Source: Trypanosoma brucei
Lineage: Eukaryota
Reading direction: 5' to 3'
Assembly: GCA_000002445.1 (NCBI GenBank)
Contig: CP000067.1
Location: 1,376,001-1,440,000, forward strand
Length of the DNA: 64,000 nucleotides
Under the pieces are notes generated by a model that was not told the DNA's origin, ran no database searches, and saw only the letters and a program-made list of their open reading frames with translations. The translations under genes and the position numbers were made by a program. The number at the start of each line of letters is the position of its first letter. Position 1 is the first letter of the stretch. Of the stretch, positions 1 through 12,465 are shown one piece after another.

Positions 1-3000
1 CAAATGAACGTTGAAGAGAGTAAGCGCACTTTCAATGCGCTCACGACTCAGCGTATTCCTGATGTATCCATCCCCTCCCCGGTGGTAAGATGGAAAGAGT
101 TTCATGAGATCTTCTTGAAGCTTCCGCACGTGGTCGATAATAGTGATGGGGCTCAGGTTGGACACTTGACTACGTTTGCCCATAGTACTGCGCGCGTTTT
201 GGATAAGTCGACCTGGATTAACAGGGAGGTTAAGCTTCAGTTTATCACGATCCTCGAGGTCAAGCATTTTGCGTGACCACTCGCGGTCCGCCGTAAGCTG
301 TTCATATTCTTCCTGAAGTTTCCGAACATTTTGGGGATCAGCGCGTAGCATCTTCCTAACGTGGGGATCCATATAGTTACCACCAACCTTCCCACTGAAG
401 GTGCCATCCACGTCGTACTCATATTTGTACGTGTCTTCCATCTCCTTATCGTCCCGAAAGGGAAGAGGGAACAGCTGCCCACCCTCTATACGGGCCCCGT
501 CAAGACCGTCTTCACCGTACATAAACTGAATTAGTTCATCGTTTGCATTTCGCACAGTACCGTCGTAGGCTGCGTGGACATCTTCTAGCGCCTTGATAAG
601 CTTACGCTGCAGGTAGCCTGTATCAGAGGTTTTCACCGCAGTATCGATCAAACCCTCACGACCAGCCATGGTGTGGAAAAAAAACTCGTGCGGTTTCAGA
701 CCCTCAACGTAACCACGGTTTGCCATGCCGCGTGACGTCTCACCATAATCGTCAAGCATAAAGTGTGGAAGCGTGCGCCTACGAAAACCGAATGGAATAC
801 GGCTTCCCGCGACGTTTTGTTGCCCAACAAAGACGGCAATTTGACATATGTTCAGATCTGTACCCTTACTGCCCGCTTCAATCATCACCTTGAAGCTGTT
901 AGTGCGACGGACGTTGCTCAGTGCCTTCTTTGCTGCCTCTTCGCGGCACTTGTTCAGTGCGCTGTTGACATCTGCTTCGAATGACTGCAGAAGTGTCATA
1001 CCAGCCTTGCGGTTCAGTGTACGGTTGTTGGCAGCCGCACCAATTTTTTCAACATTCCTCCGTGTTTTCACGAGGACATCATTCATCTGCCGCAAGGTGT
1101 CACTGTCAGCTACGGTGTCTTGAACCCCAACGCTGAAACCGAAGTTAAGTAAGAAAAACGTCGTCACGCGCTGCACGCCGTTGATGAAGCGTGCCACTTC
1201 ATCAGATCCGTGCTCATTAAATATAACGTGAATGAGTGACCCCGGTGCAGCACCAACGATACTCTTAGTGATTGGTCCACATAACAACTGACCACGTCGT
1301 ATCATCACTACGGAATCATTGTGAGGAAAGGGGGGCCGGTCCTGTGGTGTTGCTGGATGGTTAACCTCAGGAAGGATAAGTGAAAATACCTGCTTTCCGG
1401 TCCAGAGGGGTCGGGGTTTCAGAATGGCGGGAATGGGTAACTGCCAAAGATCCAGCCAAAGTGCCACGCTTTGCACAAAGTACTTATCGAGGAATGTGTC
1501 CTTGTCCGTCAACCGGTAACTACCCAGCAGACTGTCTTGCACAATACCCATGCACGGAGCAGACTTATTGGGCGAGACGAAGTTCTTTGGAACCATCATC
1601 ATTTCAATCAGCTCTGCTTTCGTTAAGAGACTCTGCGGCACGTGCAAATTCATTTCGTCACCATCGAAGTCAGCATTGTATGGTGTGGTACAAGAGAGAT
1701 TAAGCCGGAAAGTGTTATAGTTGAGAACCCGAACCCTGTGGCCCATCATACTCATGCGATGCAATGTCGGCTGTCGGTTGAACAAGACGACATCCCCATT
1801 AATCACATGCCTCTCCACAACGTCACCGATGTTTAGCGTCACCTTGGAGCGGTCACGCAAGAGCGCGAGTTTTGTTATGGTGCCATTCGGATGGTGTATG
1901 TAATTCGCCGACGGGTAGACCGTGCGCCGGGCAAACTCCGTCAGTCGCTTCTTATTTACTGTGTTCACTCGCTCGGGGAATGTAAGCGTCATCGCGACAG
2001 AAAAGGGTACACCTACTTCATCCACGTCAATGTTCGGATCGCCTGTGATGACGGTTCGAGCGGAGAAGTCCACCCGCTTCCCCATTAGATTTCCACGCAG
2101 TCTACCGTACTTCCCCTTCAAGCGCTCCGTTAATGACTTTAGCTTCTTTGTGTCATTCACCTTCGTTGGCTTATAGTATGTGGAAGCGTTATTGAAATAT
2201 GTCGCCACATGTTCTTGCAATAACGCCCGGCTCCGGTCAATTGCTGCCTGCACGTCTGACTCCTTATCCCTGCGTAGTTGGTTGTTTCGTTTCACAATGG
2301 ACATGATCTGATGCGTGAGTTCATCATCTGACCTGAGACCGCCGAAGGATATTGCGGGCCGCACCTGCGGGGGTGGAACTGGAAGCACAGTGAGCACAAG
2401 ATCCCGTGGGTGGCAACGTTGAGGGTCGAAGCCCATCAAGCGGGCATCATCATCGGACACGCGGTCAAGTACCTGTCGCACCTTATCAGCGTGCCACTCG
2501 GCGTCTTGTTCCTCATGTACTGCCTTGATAACGAGTGTTGGGTAGATACCATAAAAGCGACTTACGCGGGGTTGAGACGCACCACAACCCCGTGTCGCGC
2601 CTGGCCCCATTCCTGATCCGCCATTGAAAGGGGCACTATCAAAGCCGTCAATCCCCATATCGTCTTCGGTGCTGGTGGAGACGCGGCACTTTGCCTCAGC
2701 CATCTTCGCAACTTGCCGAAGACGGTTGAGGCCTGTCATGTGCTGCAACTTCTTATGTACGTCCTGTTCGCGCGTGTTAAGGAGGAGAGCCCCGCACGTT
2801 TTGCAAACACACTTCAACACCTGCAGTACAAGATCGAAGACGCCAATATTAAAGACAGGCTCTGCGAGCTCGATGTATCCGAAGTGTCCAGGGCACTCTG
2901 GGTGCTTCCTATGGCATGTCTCGCATGCGAATTCGAAGTCAGTGGTACCCATACGCAAATCATTGATGCCTCCCCGGACTGGTCGGCCGCGTTCATACGA

Positions 3001-3129
3001 CTTGGCGTGCTCGACAAGGCACACGGCGTAACTTTTGATTTGCCTTTCCTTAAATATCTCGAACTGTACTTCATTCACCTTCTGCAACTCCATCTGGGAA
3101 ACCGGTAGGGCCGCACCACCTGACATGTT
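1..3129 (-). CDS. RPB1: DNA-directed RNA polymerase II largest subunit, N-terminal ~1043 aa. The gene is partial and continues beyond the window start.
   Basis: My translation of the reverse strand from the ATG at 3127-3129 gives MSGGAALPVSQMELQKVNEVQFEIFKER...GRPVRGGINDLRMG...CETCHRKHPECPGHFGYIELAEPVFNIG, which is the clamp zinc motif. Further downstream it gives FRLNLSCTTPYNADFDGDEMNLHVPQS...CMGIVQDSL...PAILKPRPLWTGKQ (the catalytic NADFDGDEMN motif) and then GYVEGLKPHEFFFHTMAGREGLIDTAVKTSDTGYLQRKLIKALED. The reading frame stays open to position 1. The ORF track does not list it because the frame runs off the window edge. The match to yeast Rpb1 is closer than to the Pol I or Pol III subunits. 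Confidence 0.9.
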
Positions 3130-3708
3130 TGCACTACTTTTTGCCCTCTCCGGTAATCTCTCAGTGCTTCTCTTTATAGGAACGTGAAAGGGTTACCAAC
3201 CTAATTCCTTCCCCCCCTCTTATTGGTTAAGATTGTTTTCCTTCTTTATTGACTCTTTCTTACCTTCCTTCACCGTCACGCTTAGCCTGGGTAATTAATC
3301 GGCGTGACAGGGGGTCTCTTTACTATGATGAATCAAAGTACAGTAAAAGAATTAGGGTAAGATAAACAAACAGTGGACAAAGGGAATGCTTGGACGAGCG
3401 CACCCACCAACACCACCGCGGTGAAGACACAGAGTTGCGTTGGCACCATCAACCACCAAACGGAGGGAAAAGTTATCATTACAAAATCAATAACGTAACA
3501 GTGTGTTAACGGCGCGACGCAAAGTTGCAGTGCCGAAAGCAGGAGGCGGAGACTCAAGTCTCGTTGTTCGCCACCAGTTTGTAGACCAGCTTTCAGCATC
3601 TGATACCCCGATCGACCCATTTCCACAGCCCGCGCCACCGCACCTATACACGAGCGAGGTAGTACATGTGGCTATCATCCCACAACAAGCAGCTTCCACC
3701 ACTTATAC

Positions 3709-3710
3709 AT

Positions 3711-3746
<36 letters not shown>
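3709..3746. repeat. (CA)n(TA)n compound microsatellite in the RPB1–PP1 intergenic region.
   Basis: The sequence is acacacacacacacacatatatatatatatat. Similar (TA)n tracts occur at 45396-45412, 46848-46872 and 48683-48712. Confidence 0.9.
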
Positions 3747-4127
3747 GTCGCACTTGGACGAAACCTTAAACGTATGTTGCGTTATGCAAAAGTCTCCAAT
3801 TTACCTTTAAACACTTCCCTCCTTCACCCACTTTCCATCAGGATCACCGACTTCATTGTTTATTGTTGATTCCCTCCATGCGAGTCCGCGCTGTGCCGCG
3901 AGATGATGGGGGAAAACTGCGCTTACACACACATGGATGAAAAGGGTGGGTAGGAGGAATGTGATGCAGGCAAGTAGGGACACGATGGGTGCTACTTGTG
4001 CGCGGCCTTTCATACTGAAGCTATGCCCCTCTCTCCTCACCTCCGCATGTGCATGTTGGTAGGCCTCCCATATCCCAGAACTCAGGTTAAGGGGCATCCC
4101 GACACCGCATGAGTACCTTCCATAACG

Positions 4128-5168
4128 CTAAAAGAAGTACCTCAACAGCGTGCGTGTGGGCTCAATCCGTATGAAGCTACACATAAAATTTTCATCCACA
4201 CACATAAATGCACCGGCGTTATCAAACTCATCGCAGTAGTTCGGCGCAGAGAAAACTGTCACAAGCTGCCGTGCTGCGAAGAATTCATAACCCGCGTCCA
4301 CCACCTGGTGGGCACGGCAAATGAGGTCGAGGTCAAACTTCTTATTGAAAGACTTCACGACACTCTCACTAAAGGTCCACGACACGCCGCGGTCATTCTC
4401 ACTCCAGTTACTCTCCATATTCGTGCTGGGATCAGACCATAACAAATCGCATATCAGTCCACTATCGGGCACGTCCGTGGGGCGGAGAATGCGACGTATC
4501 TGATCGAGATCAGTGAGTTCAGGACTGAGCCCACCATGCATACAGAGGATACGTCCTTCAACCAATCCAGCCACTGGCATGCAGTTGAAAGTATCGGTGA
4601 ACTGTTTCCACAAGCGGACACTATACCGCCTCTTGCACTCATCGAAGAAACCGTATATACGGTTGATGCTACTACACTCGTGGTTGCCACGTAGGAGGAA
4701 GAAGGTCTCAGGGAAGCTCAACTTATATGCGAGCAAGAGACAGATTGTTTCCAATGACTGGTCGCCACGGTCTACATAGTCCCCGAGAAAAATGTAATTT
4801 GCATCTGGAGGGAAGCCTCCCAAGTCGAAGAGTCGCAGGAGGTCGGTGTACTGTCCGTGCACATCCCCGCAAATTCTCACGGGGGCGGCAATTTCTACTA
4901 GCATCGGCTGCGACATGAACAGCGCCCGGGACTCCATCACTAACCACCGCACCTCAGCCTCCGTTAACCCCTCTGTCGTTGCCCGTCCGGTTCCATTGGT
5001 TTTAGGAGTGCTTTCTTGTGTCTGGGCGCTCTGGAACGCGGCAAGGCGTGAGATGCGAGTGTACGTTCGTTGGTTGCTCTCGCAGTTCTCACCGGCAGGG
5101 CCCCGCGTAGCAGCAGTGTTGTGTACCGGATTGAGCAAGAGTTTCTTTATGATTTCGTCACAGTTCAT
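4128..5168 (-). CDS. PP1: Serine/threonine protein phosphatase PP1 catalytic subunit
   Basis: 346-aa ORF with a true ATG start. It carries the complete PPP-family motif set: GDVHGQ, GDYVDRG, LLRGNHE, SAPNYC, RG and HGG. Its position next to RPB1 matches the known T. brucei RPB1–PP1 linkage (recalled from the literature). Confidence 0.9.
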   Translation of the reverse strand: MNCDEIIKKLLLNPVHNTAATRGPAGENCESNQRTYTRISRLAAFQSAQTQESTPKTNGTGRATTEGLTEAEVRWLVMESRALFMSQPMLVEIAAPVRICGDVHGQYTDLLRLFDLGGFPPDANYIFLGDYVDRGDQSLETICLLLAYKLSFPETFFLLRGNHECSSINRIYGFFDECKRRYSVRLWKQFTDTFNCMPVAGLVEGRILCMHGGLSPELTDLDQIRRILRPTDVPDSGLICDLLWSDPSTNMESNWSENDRGVSWTFSESVVKSFNKKFDLDLICRAHQVVDAGYEFFAARQLVTVFSAPNYCDEFDNAGAFMCVDENFMCSFIRIEPTRTLLRYFF

Positions 5169-6356
5169 TGAGGTTTCGGTTACTTCACTACTATGACTCG
5201 CTCACGCCGTACCGCCTAGATCGTATGCTAATTCGCAGCCTCTCTTGTCCGAGCTGTTCGCTTAGGTAACGAATGATGCCGACCAGTTGTAAGTGGCGGA
5301 ACAACAGACCCTTTCGCCAAGTGCGAGAACAGGCACGGGGTTCGGGCAATTGAACGGACTGGATGGCACCCCTTTCCCCTACCCCTACAACCTTCTAATC
5401 TTCCCTTCTCTAACTCCACTTCAACCCCTGTCACCTATTATTACACCTTCCTTATTTTTCAGTTCCTTGGGCTTTTTTTTTCAGTTTCTGTTCCTTTCCT
5501 AATGTTCCCCTCTTCGTCGCGGTTCTGCCTCGTGGGACCGCGTCGACTGCAGCACCTGCGGGAATACACCGAAGCACTACGGTGGAAACACTAGAAGCAA
5601 TACCAAAGCACTGATAATGAGGGACAAAGTTTGAGAGAAAGCGGAGCGGCTGAACGAGGAAAAAAAAGTCAGTCAAGCTAAAGCAATCAAAGTAGTTCCA
5701 ACGGCTAAAGGACAGCGCGCCTGCCTACACGTTGGTTAAGATACGACATTTATTTGCGCGTGTGTGTCCGAGAAAAAGTCATGCATAAAGCCCTCACCAT
5801 AGTGAGTACTCAAACATCGGGATACTCCCTTCCCTACACACACGCACATATTTGGATCGTTGCAACGCCCGCACGCAGACGTTTCAAAGTTATATTACAA
5901 TGACGTGCTTCTTTTCCCGTTGCCGTTGATAATGACTGCTTATCGCGCGGAGGATTTCGCCCTCCCCGCGCATTTCAGTCCCGGACACAACGGTATACAG
6001 AACACTGCACGGTATGAAACAAAGCAGAGAGGCGAAAGACAGGTAAAGTAGGGAGTCGATAGGTCTCTCACCTTCGAAGGAAGGAGACGATTGATTATGA
6101 ACTCACTGATAAGAGGGGTGGTAAAAAAGAAGAGAATGGGTGAGGGTGAGGGTGAGAGAAGGGAAGGGATAATACACTGTCCTGGATCTTATGCCCTCAT
6201 GCGATCTGCCTTTGACCAGCGCACAACAGTGCTCTCACATATCCCTTAAACGTATACACATGACGATGGAAGAACTGTAACTGAACATCCAGCAGTCACG
6301 CCATCCGCAATTATAGGCCTTTACGGGGACATGGGCTTGTATCCTTCCACCAACAT

Positions 6357-8174
6357 CTAGCGTCGCTCAATATCCTCGGTTACTTTTAAGCTTTGCCTCA
6401 CTACCGACTGCTCTAACCGGGTGGCTTCTAAATTCCGCTCCATCTCTTTTTGCTCGTGTGTGACCTCCGGCGATGAGGGGGCGCAGTCGCTTGCGTCGGA
6501 GCCGCCGGCTCGGCCGCGGGCACCGTGCGGTGGGCGCCATTCGGTGAGCGTTAGATTTGGCATCGTGTTGGGCTTGATGTTTGACCGGCCGAGAATCATA
6601 CGAATACATTCAACAAACCCTTGTACCACTGCCGGGTACGCTGCTGTCAGCTTCAGCAGTGAGTACACAGAATCTGACTGTCGAATGGCAAGTGACGCGA
6701 CTTCAACTATGCTTCCTGCGTGAGCCCCGACTGCGCGAACGCCTAGAAGCAGTTTCTGCCGGTCGTTTGTTACAATCACCTTACAAAATCCCTGTGCACC
6801 ACCCATTGCGATGGCACGGCTGAGATGGCTGTAGTCGTAACGCGCAACGATGTAACCGAACCCAAGAGCACGGCATTGTTCCTCGTTGAGTCCAACGCAA
6901 GCCACCTCCTCTTCGAGAAAGAGGATGGTGGAAAGGTTTGTGAGAAGAGAAGAATTAACCGGTCGCGCAGGTTTCTCCCCGTAAATGTGCTCAACAGCCC
7001 CTCGGCCTTGTGCCTCACCGAGGTTCACCAAACCCCGGTCAGCGGAAACATCACCAACAGCGTAAATGTGCTTGTAAGGGACACAACGACCAAAAGCATC
7101 CAGTGTAACCTGTCCGCCGGTGACCTTGCACGCAGTGTTCTCGAGGCCAAGGCCAGAGAGGTTTGGTGTGCGACCCAAAGACACCAGTGCTCGTTCTGCC
7201 TCATACGTCTCCACGCTATTTGCATCATTCCTATTATTCGTTGTGTTGTGTCGCACACTGTACACACATCCCCCAACATCGTCACTCTCCTCCCATGACT
7301 CTAGGTCAAACAGGGTACAGGTGTTGAGAATACGTACCCCCCGTCGCGTAAGATGCTCCTCGACAAAGTTTGCGATATCCTCGTCTTCCTTCGGAAGAAT
7401 CCGTTTGGCTTTGTCGATGATTGTCACTTCTGTGCGGCCAAAGTTGGCGTATATGCTGGCGAACTCACATCCCACTGCACCAGCTCCGATAATTACCAAG
7501 CTTGACGGGATGGGTAACTGCATGATGGTGTCCGTCGTCACGACTCGTCGGTGATCCGCTACAACGAATTCGTGTTGCCGTGGTACGGAGCCTGTAGCAA
7601 TAATGAAGTAATCAGCAGTAAGAACGTGATATTCATTTGCACCGGGGCTATGCACATCCAGTTCATGTGGTGAAGAAAACATAGCCCTTCCAAACACTGT
7701 TGTGACCCCGGCAGCCCGCAACAACTCAACAGTCTGAGTTTCCCGCGTTGCACTAACCTCTTGCAAGGTTTGTTGCACTCTTGATAGGTCCAGTTTCTGC
7801 TGAATTTCCCTCACCGTGTCGTCGTCGAAAACCCGCCGAGCTGACGCTCCGGAGAGAGAGGATACATACTTCGACATTTCCCACAACGTTTTTGACTGTA
7901 ATGCACCATCCCACAGATCGCAACCACCAATACGCTTTGCTTCTACAAGACAGACCCGTTTGTTGTAGTCCACAGCTCGTAGGGCTGCCGCAATGCCAGC
8001 GGGGCCGGCACCAATGACACAAACATCGAAACGAGGCAAATTTGAGGGGATATAACTGACGCAAGCTGATCTCAAGGAACATACCCGGCACAGCCGAATC
8101 ATCACTGTGGTAACGGTATTAATTACTAAAACTACGTGTGGGGGCGTTGTCACGTGAAATGTTGCAGAGATCAT
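6357..8174 (-). CDS. Dihydrolipoamide dehydrogenase-like FAD/NAD(P)-binding oxidoreductase, copy 1. Probably non-catalytic.
   Basis: The N-terminus has the FAD motif VCVIGAGPAGIAAALRA. A second Rossmann motif, VIIGAGAVGCEFAS, follows, and then HIYAVGDV. Where DLDH has GGTCLNVGCIPSK, this protein reads GGCDLWDGALQSK, so the C-x4-C redox pair is missing. Where DLDH has HAHPTLSE, it reads AAYPAVVQ, so the catalytic His is missing. The ORF-track start is GTG, so I moved the start to the first ATG (MISATF...). The N-terminal ~45 aa are rich in Arg, Ser and Cys and may be a mitochondrial presequence. Confidence 0.75.
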   Translation of the reverse strand: MISATFHVTTPPHVVLVINTVTTVMIRLCRVCSLRSACVSYIPSNLPRFDVCVIGAGPAGIAAALRAVDYNKRVCLVEAKRIGGCDLWDGALQSKTLWEMSKYVSSLSGASARRVFDDDTVREIQQKLDLSRVQQTLQEVSATRETQTVELLRAAGVTTVFGRAMFSSPHELDVHSPGANEYHVLTADYFIIATGSVPRQHEFVVADHRRVVTTDTIMQLPIPSSLVIIGAGAVGCEFASIYANFGRTEVTIIDKAKRILPKEDEDIANFVEEHLTRRGVRILNTCTLFDLESWEESDDVGGCVYSVRHNTTNNRNDANSVETYEAERALVSLGRTPNLSGLGLENTACKVTGGQVTLDAFGRCVPYKHIYAVGDVSADRGLVNLGEAQGRGAVEHIYGEKPARPVNSSLLTNLSTILFLEEEVACVGLNEEQCRALGFGYIVARYDYSHLSRAIAMGGAQGFCKVIVTNDRQKLLLGVRAVGAHAGSIVEVASLAIRQSDSVYSLLKLTAAYPAVVQGFVECIRMILGRSNIKPNTMPNLTLTEWRPPHGARGRAGGSDASDCAPSSPEVTHEQKEMERNLEATRLEQSVVRQSLKVTEDIERR

Positions 8175-8653
8175 AGGAAACACAGGAGGGCTGTTTATAC
8201 GGGAAAATTAAGGGGTGCTATTGATCAAACTAACGTTCTCTTCCTTCATACGCGATTACAACATATATTTCCCACCAGCTTTTTTAGCGTAAAAGGTACG
8301 TCCGGTTACTGGACTACACGTCACGCAAATAAACAGGGTCCAAGACGGAGGATCGACTCAAAGGAGAAAAATGATGTGTGATTTCATTGAGCGCTCCCTT
8401 GTTGTCTCATGAAAAGAGTAACTCTGGGAAGGGAGTGTACACGTCATTTTTTAAAAAAGGAATAAGTTGCGTTACGCGGAACGCGATTGGGCCATTCACC
8501 TTTCCAGTCAAGCGGACCCTCCTCGCGACCACTTGATGAACAGCAGCCATCCGCCCACCCGAAGGCAAACGGCAGCCCCACTCCAAGAACAGACATGCGT
8601 GTAAACTCCAGCCCACGTGTTCCCGACCTCTTCATGCCCGTCTGTTTTACCAC

Positions 8654-10360
8654 CTATTGTTTGCCACCGCCTTGAGCATTTCCCAGCGAACAATAGCCCC
8701 GACCTCGCTCACAGTCAGACGGAGTCCATGTATTGCAGACGAGACCGGGGAATGTACCAGGTTTTAACATGGATGTGCCCAATATGACGCGCAAGCACTC
8801 TAGAAATGCTTGTGAAACGGATGGGTACGCTGTGAGCATTTCACTCAGCTCGTATGCCGACTGTTTACGTTGAATCGCCGCGGTAGCGAACTCTACGATA
8901 GTACTTGCGCTCCATCCCACTACGTGAACGCCGAGAAGCGTCTTTTTACTGTCATTACTCGCGAGTATTTTTACAAACCCTTCGGTGTTGCTTGCAGCCA
9001 CGTTGCGACTGCAGAGTTCAAACCCATACTTGGCCACTACATACGATACATTTTTTGCTCTGCACTGCTTTTCGTTTTTTCCCACGGAAGCTACGGCACT
9101 GTCTAGGAATACAATTCTGGAATGGTCGGGGTGAAGCGGCTCCGTTATGTGTGAACTGTATATATGATCTACTGCCAACCGCCCCTTCGCTTCGCCCATA
9201 CTCACTGACCTGTCACGACCTGTTGCGTCTCCCACGGCGTAAATGTGTTTTTTGTTTACACACCTGCCAAATTCGTCTAGCACAAGTACCCCGTCGCGCA
9301 CTTCGCAGTTAGTATTACGTAGGCCCAGTCCGAAGTAATTCGGTCGGCGCCCAGTCACGGTGAGGCCCCGCTCCACTTCGTACGTCTGAAGTTCATGTGT
9401 CTTGCGGTGCATGATGGTATAGCGAACTCCATTCCCCGAGGTGCCGTCATTTGGTGTCTCCTGGCCATCACTCTCACTTTTGGTCAGTGATTGTAAGCTG
9501 TACAGCAAGCAATCTTGGTGCACCTCTACGCCATGCTTTTCCATTCCCTTCTGTATCGCTGCTGCCATATCATCATCTTCCTTCGGCATTATGCGCTCCT
9601 TCTTGTCTAGTAGAAACACCTTGGTCTTACCAAGCCTGCCGTATGTCATCGCGGATTCACTGCCAAGCGCGCCGCCACCCACCACTACCATGCTTTTTGG
9701 CAGCGGTAACGTCATAAGGTCATCGGAAGTCACCACGTTCTTGTGGTCCACGGGCACATGTGGCTGCGTGACAGGGGCAGAACCTGTGGCGATGATGAAA
9801 TAATCAGCCGTCACCGTTCGGTACTCCTTTGCCTCGCGGCTACTGACCTCTAACTCATGAGGGCTAGCAAAAGCGGCGCGACCGTAGAGTAACGCCACGT
9901 TAGAGGCGCTGAGGGCAGATAGTACCTGCTTTTCCCGCGTCTCGCTCACCTCTTGCAGTTTCTGCAGCATGCGTTCATCATCGAGTTCCATAAAATTTGA
10001 AATGGTAGTTCCATACACCCGTTCGGCGGAACTTCCCCTCGCGCGCCCCAAAAAGTTTGACATTTCCCACAACGTTTTCGACTGAAGTGTGCCATTCCAC
10101 AGATCGCAACCGCCAGTACGTTTTGCTTCTACAATTCAGACCCGTTTGTTGTAGTCCACAGCTCGTAGGGCTGCTGCAACGCCAGCGGGACCGGCGCCGA
10201 TGACACATACGTCGAAATGTGTTTTGCCGAGCGACTGCCAGTAGACGAGGTGTGGTCGCTGGTGCGTGAAGGAGAAACGTGTGTGCCGTAACACGGTAAT
10301 GATTCGTGCCAAAGTTACCTGATTTACACCCAGGCACCAAACCGAGCAGCGCGGGGTACC
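8654..10360 (-). pseudogene. Tandem second copy of the DLDH-like gene, disabled by an in-frame TGA and lacking any in-frame ATG upstream.
   Basis: The minus strand near 10190-10215 encodes FDVCVIGAGPAGVAAALRAVDYNKRV, followed by a TGA (the + strand reads tca at 10136-10138). Copy 1 has TGT CTT (Cys-Leu) at this position, so the stop is a point mutation. The frame then continues IVEAKRTGGCDLWNGTLQSKTLWEMS... and runs to 8654, covering ~470 aa that are homologous to copy 1 throughout. The upstream frame runs back to a TAG at about 10364 without meeting a Met. Confidence 0.7.
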
Positions 10361-11649
10361 AGACTATGCCAATCACCTCACCCGCAGCCTACATACTGGG
10401 ATTGGGCAATGACTAAAGAGGGAAAAAAATTGTTCATCACCCTCCTCTTCGTCCGTTTTTCAAGGGATGCAGTCACCTTCTGGTGTGTAGTCTCTCTACC
10501 GCCAGTAAAATGGAGTGTCGGGGATGAACTACAGAAGACAAAAAGCAAGAGAGAAAAAAGAAAACTATGTATGTGTGGGTTGTGCGAAAGGGTTAACAAT
10601 TTCAGCACCCGTCACATTGCCCCAAAACACCTGAAGTGACAAACAAAAGCATGTAGACGTTAAAGTTAGAAATAATGCATATGCACATGTTTGACGCTCA
10701 TTTAGTTCTCGGAAAACAAAAATAAAAAAATTGAGCGACGCTCAACCCTGAGCCCCCCCCCCAGTATTGCTTCTATCTGCATTAATGTGTCAGAATACTT
10801 GCAACCAAGGGAATCAACAATGAGGGGGACAACAAGAACAGGAGGGGAGTCGTGGGGAAACAAAGACATCTGACGGCATTTTTCTTTCTCCATTATGCAG
10901 TAAAAGTAACAAGCACATAAAACACAAACACTTGCAAAAAATTGTGGAAAATGGAGAGGTAGAATTAAAAGAAGGTGTTAGGACTCACCTACTTAGACCC
11001 CAATGAAAAACAAGTACTAAAGGTGCCGTGGGTAGATGGCCGACAGCAACATCGTGCGCGGGGCGAGCTACTACCACAAGCGTAATGCATAAATATGACT
11101 ATTTCGGCTTCACCATACCCCGATGAACAAAGCTATGTGTCGCATATTCACATCGTGCACTACGTGGTTACACATGAAATAAAACAAAAATGGGAGTCGT
11201 CCAAGGTGACTCAGGTAATCCTACCGCTGACGGAAACATACATACATATATGGAGAAGCATTAAACAACCCGCTAAAAAACGAAAATGGGAGGCAAACTT
11301 AAAGAGATGAAAAAATAATCACTTATTTGTGAAAACGGGGTCCCATTTGGGATGTAATAAAAATAAGGGAGGTGAGAAAACCACAACTAAAGTAAACACG
11401 GTGGCATTAAAGATAAAACCACGGAAGAACAATTAAACTGAGAAACTTGGCTCAAACAAGGGAGAGCAAAAAATACATATACGAAAAATAAGTGAGTGTT
11501 TGTGGACGGTAACCCCCGCAGCTTACATCCGGTGTGCTTTGCATAGGAAACTTCCCCTGTGCACGTATGAGGTTGGTCAACGCAGTAACGTTTTGCAGGC
11601 CCCCATGCTTTCTCTCGTTACCACTGAATTTATCAACACCACCAGTGTT

Positions 11650-12465
11650 TCACGGTGTTGGTGTACAACGATCCATCGCTGGAGAGAACAAAAAGAGGTC
11701 CGACCCGTCAGATGTTGCGTACGTGTTATTACCGTTAGACTGCAGGCTGTATGAAAAGCCACGAGCTCCACAACTATCCCCACGCAAGGATTTTGTCGAG
11801 GTAGTCTGCAACTCTCGTACCGCCGCCAGGCCCCTCGTCCCACGTCCGCTCAGTGAGACCTGTGTGTTACTGCAGGAAAGTCCATCACTCAGACTGTATG
11901 GCAAAGCACTCGCCGGTTCATCCGCTTTTAGGATAAAATGAGAAACTGGAGTTACCCTCGACGTGTTGAGCCCTTCACTGTCACTCTCAGGTCTGCAACG
12001 ATGAGATGCGCTCAACCTGTGTTGATCATCGGAACCACTACACATCTGCTCCCCACTTGCGATAATCTCCGTACCCACCACTTCTGCGGGTTTTGGGTTA
12101 AAATATGGTGTCAGTGCACCTTCCCTCGGCTCCGATACCCCAAGTGAGTGTACGGGTCGCCGCAAGTGGCGTCGAAAAATCTGTAAGTTGGGTGAAACCA
12201 TTTCCCTTTCATTGTAACTGCTATTGACATTGCCAGTGTCACAGTCGTCTTCGTCGTCATCCGCATCTATATCGTCCTCAGTCACCTCGGTCCCGGTTGG
12301 TACGGAACCTCGGCAAAATTCACCCGGCCGATGTACATTATCGTTGGTGTGGCCTGTCGTCGCATTTAGACCACCGCTGGTGATATCTCCGTTGTTTTCC
12401 CTTGCACGCAATTTCTCCCCACGATCGTGCTTTTTTTCTCCAATCTTTCCCGCAGCAGAACCCAT
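11650..12465 (-). CDS. Hypothetical protein with an acidic stretch (DIDADDDEDDCD) and a Ser-rich C-terminus.
   Basis: The listed ORF is 330 aa, but 12640-12642 is GTG, so I trimmed to the first ATG (MGSAAGKIGEKK...). It lies on the same strand as the rest of the PTU. I did not recognise any domain. Confidence 0.45.
   Translation of the reverse strand: MGSAAGKIGEKKHDRGEKLRARENNGDITSGGLNATTGHTNDNVHRPGEFCRGSVPTGTEVTEDDIDADDDEDDCDTGNVNSSYNEREMVSPNLQIFRRHLRRPVHSLGVSEPREGALTPYFNPKPAEVVGTEIIASGEQMCSGSDDQHRLSASHRCRPESDSEGLNTSRVTPVSHFILKADEPASALPYSLSDGLSCSNTQVSLSGRGTRGLAAVRELQTTSTKSLRGDSCGARGFSYSLQSNGNNTYATSDGSDLFLFSPAMDRCTPTP

Noticed and set aside
5370-5530. A strong C/T-rich tract on the + strand, which could be read as a trans-splicing signal for a + strand gene.
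   Set aside because: No + strand gene follows it. It lies in the 3' UTR or intergenic region of the minus-strand DLDH-like gene, where it is purine-rich on the transcribed strand.
9978-10376. 132-aa minus-strand ORF starting MIGIVWYPALL....
   Set aside because: It is an out-of-frame reading across the 5' end of DLDH-like copy 2 and begins at a GTG. The homologous reading frame, FDVCVIGAGPAG…, is a different one.
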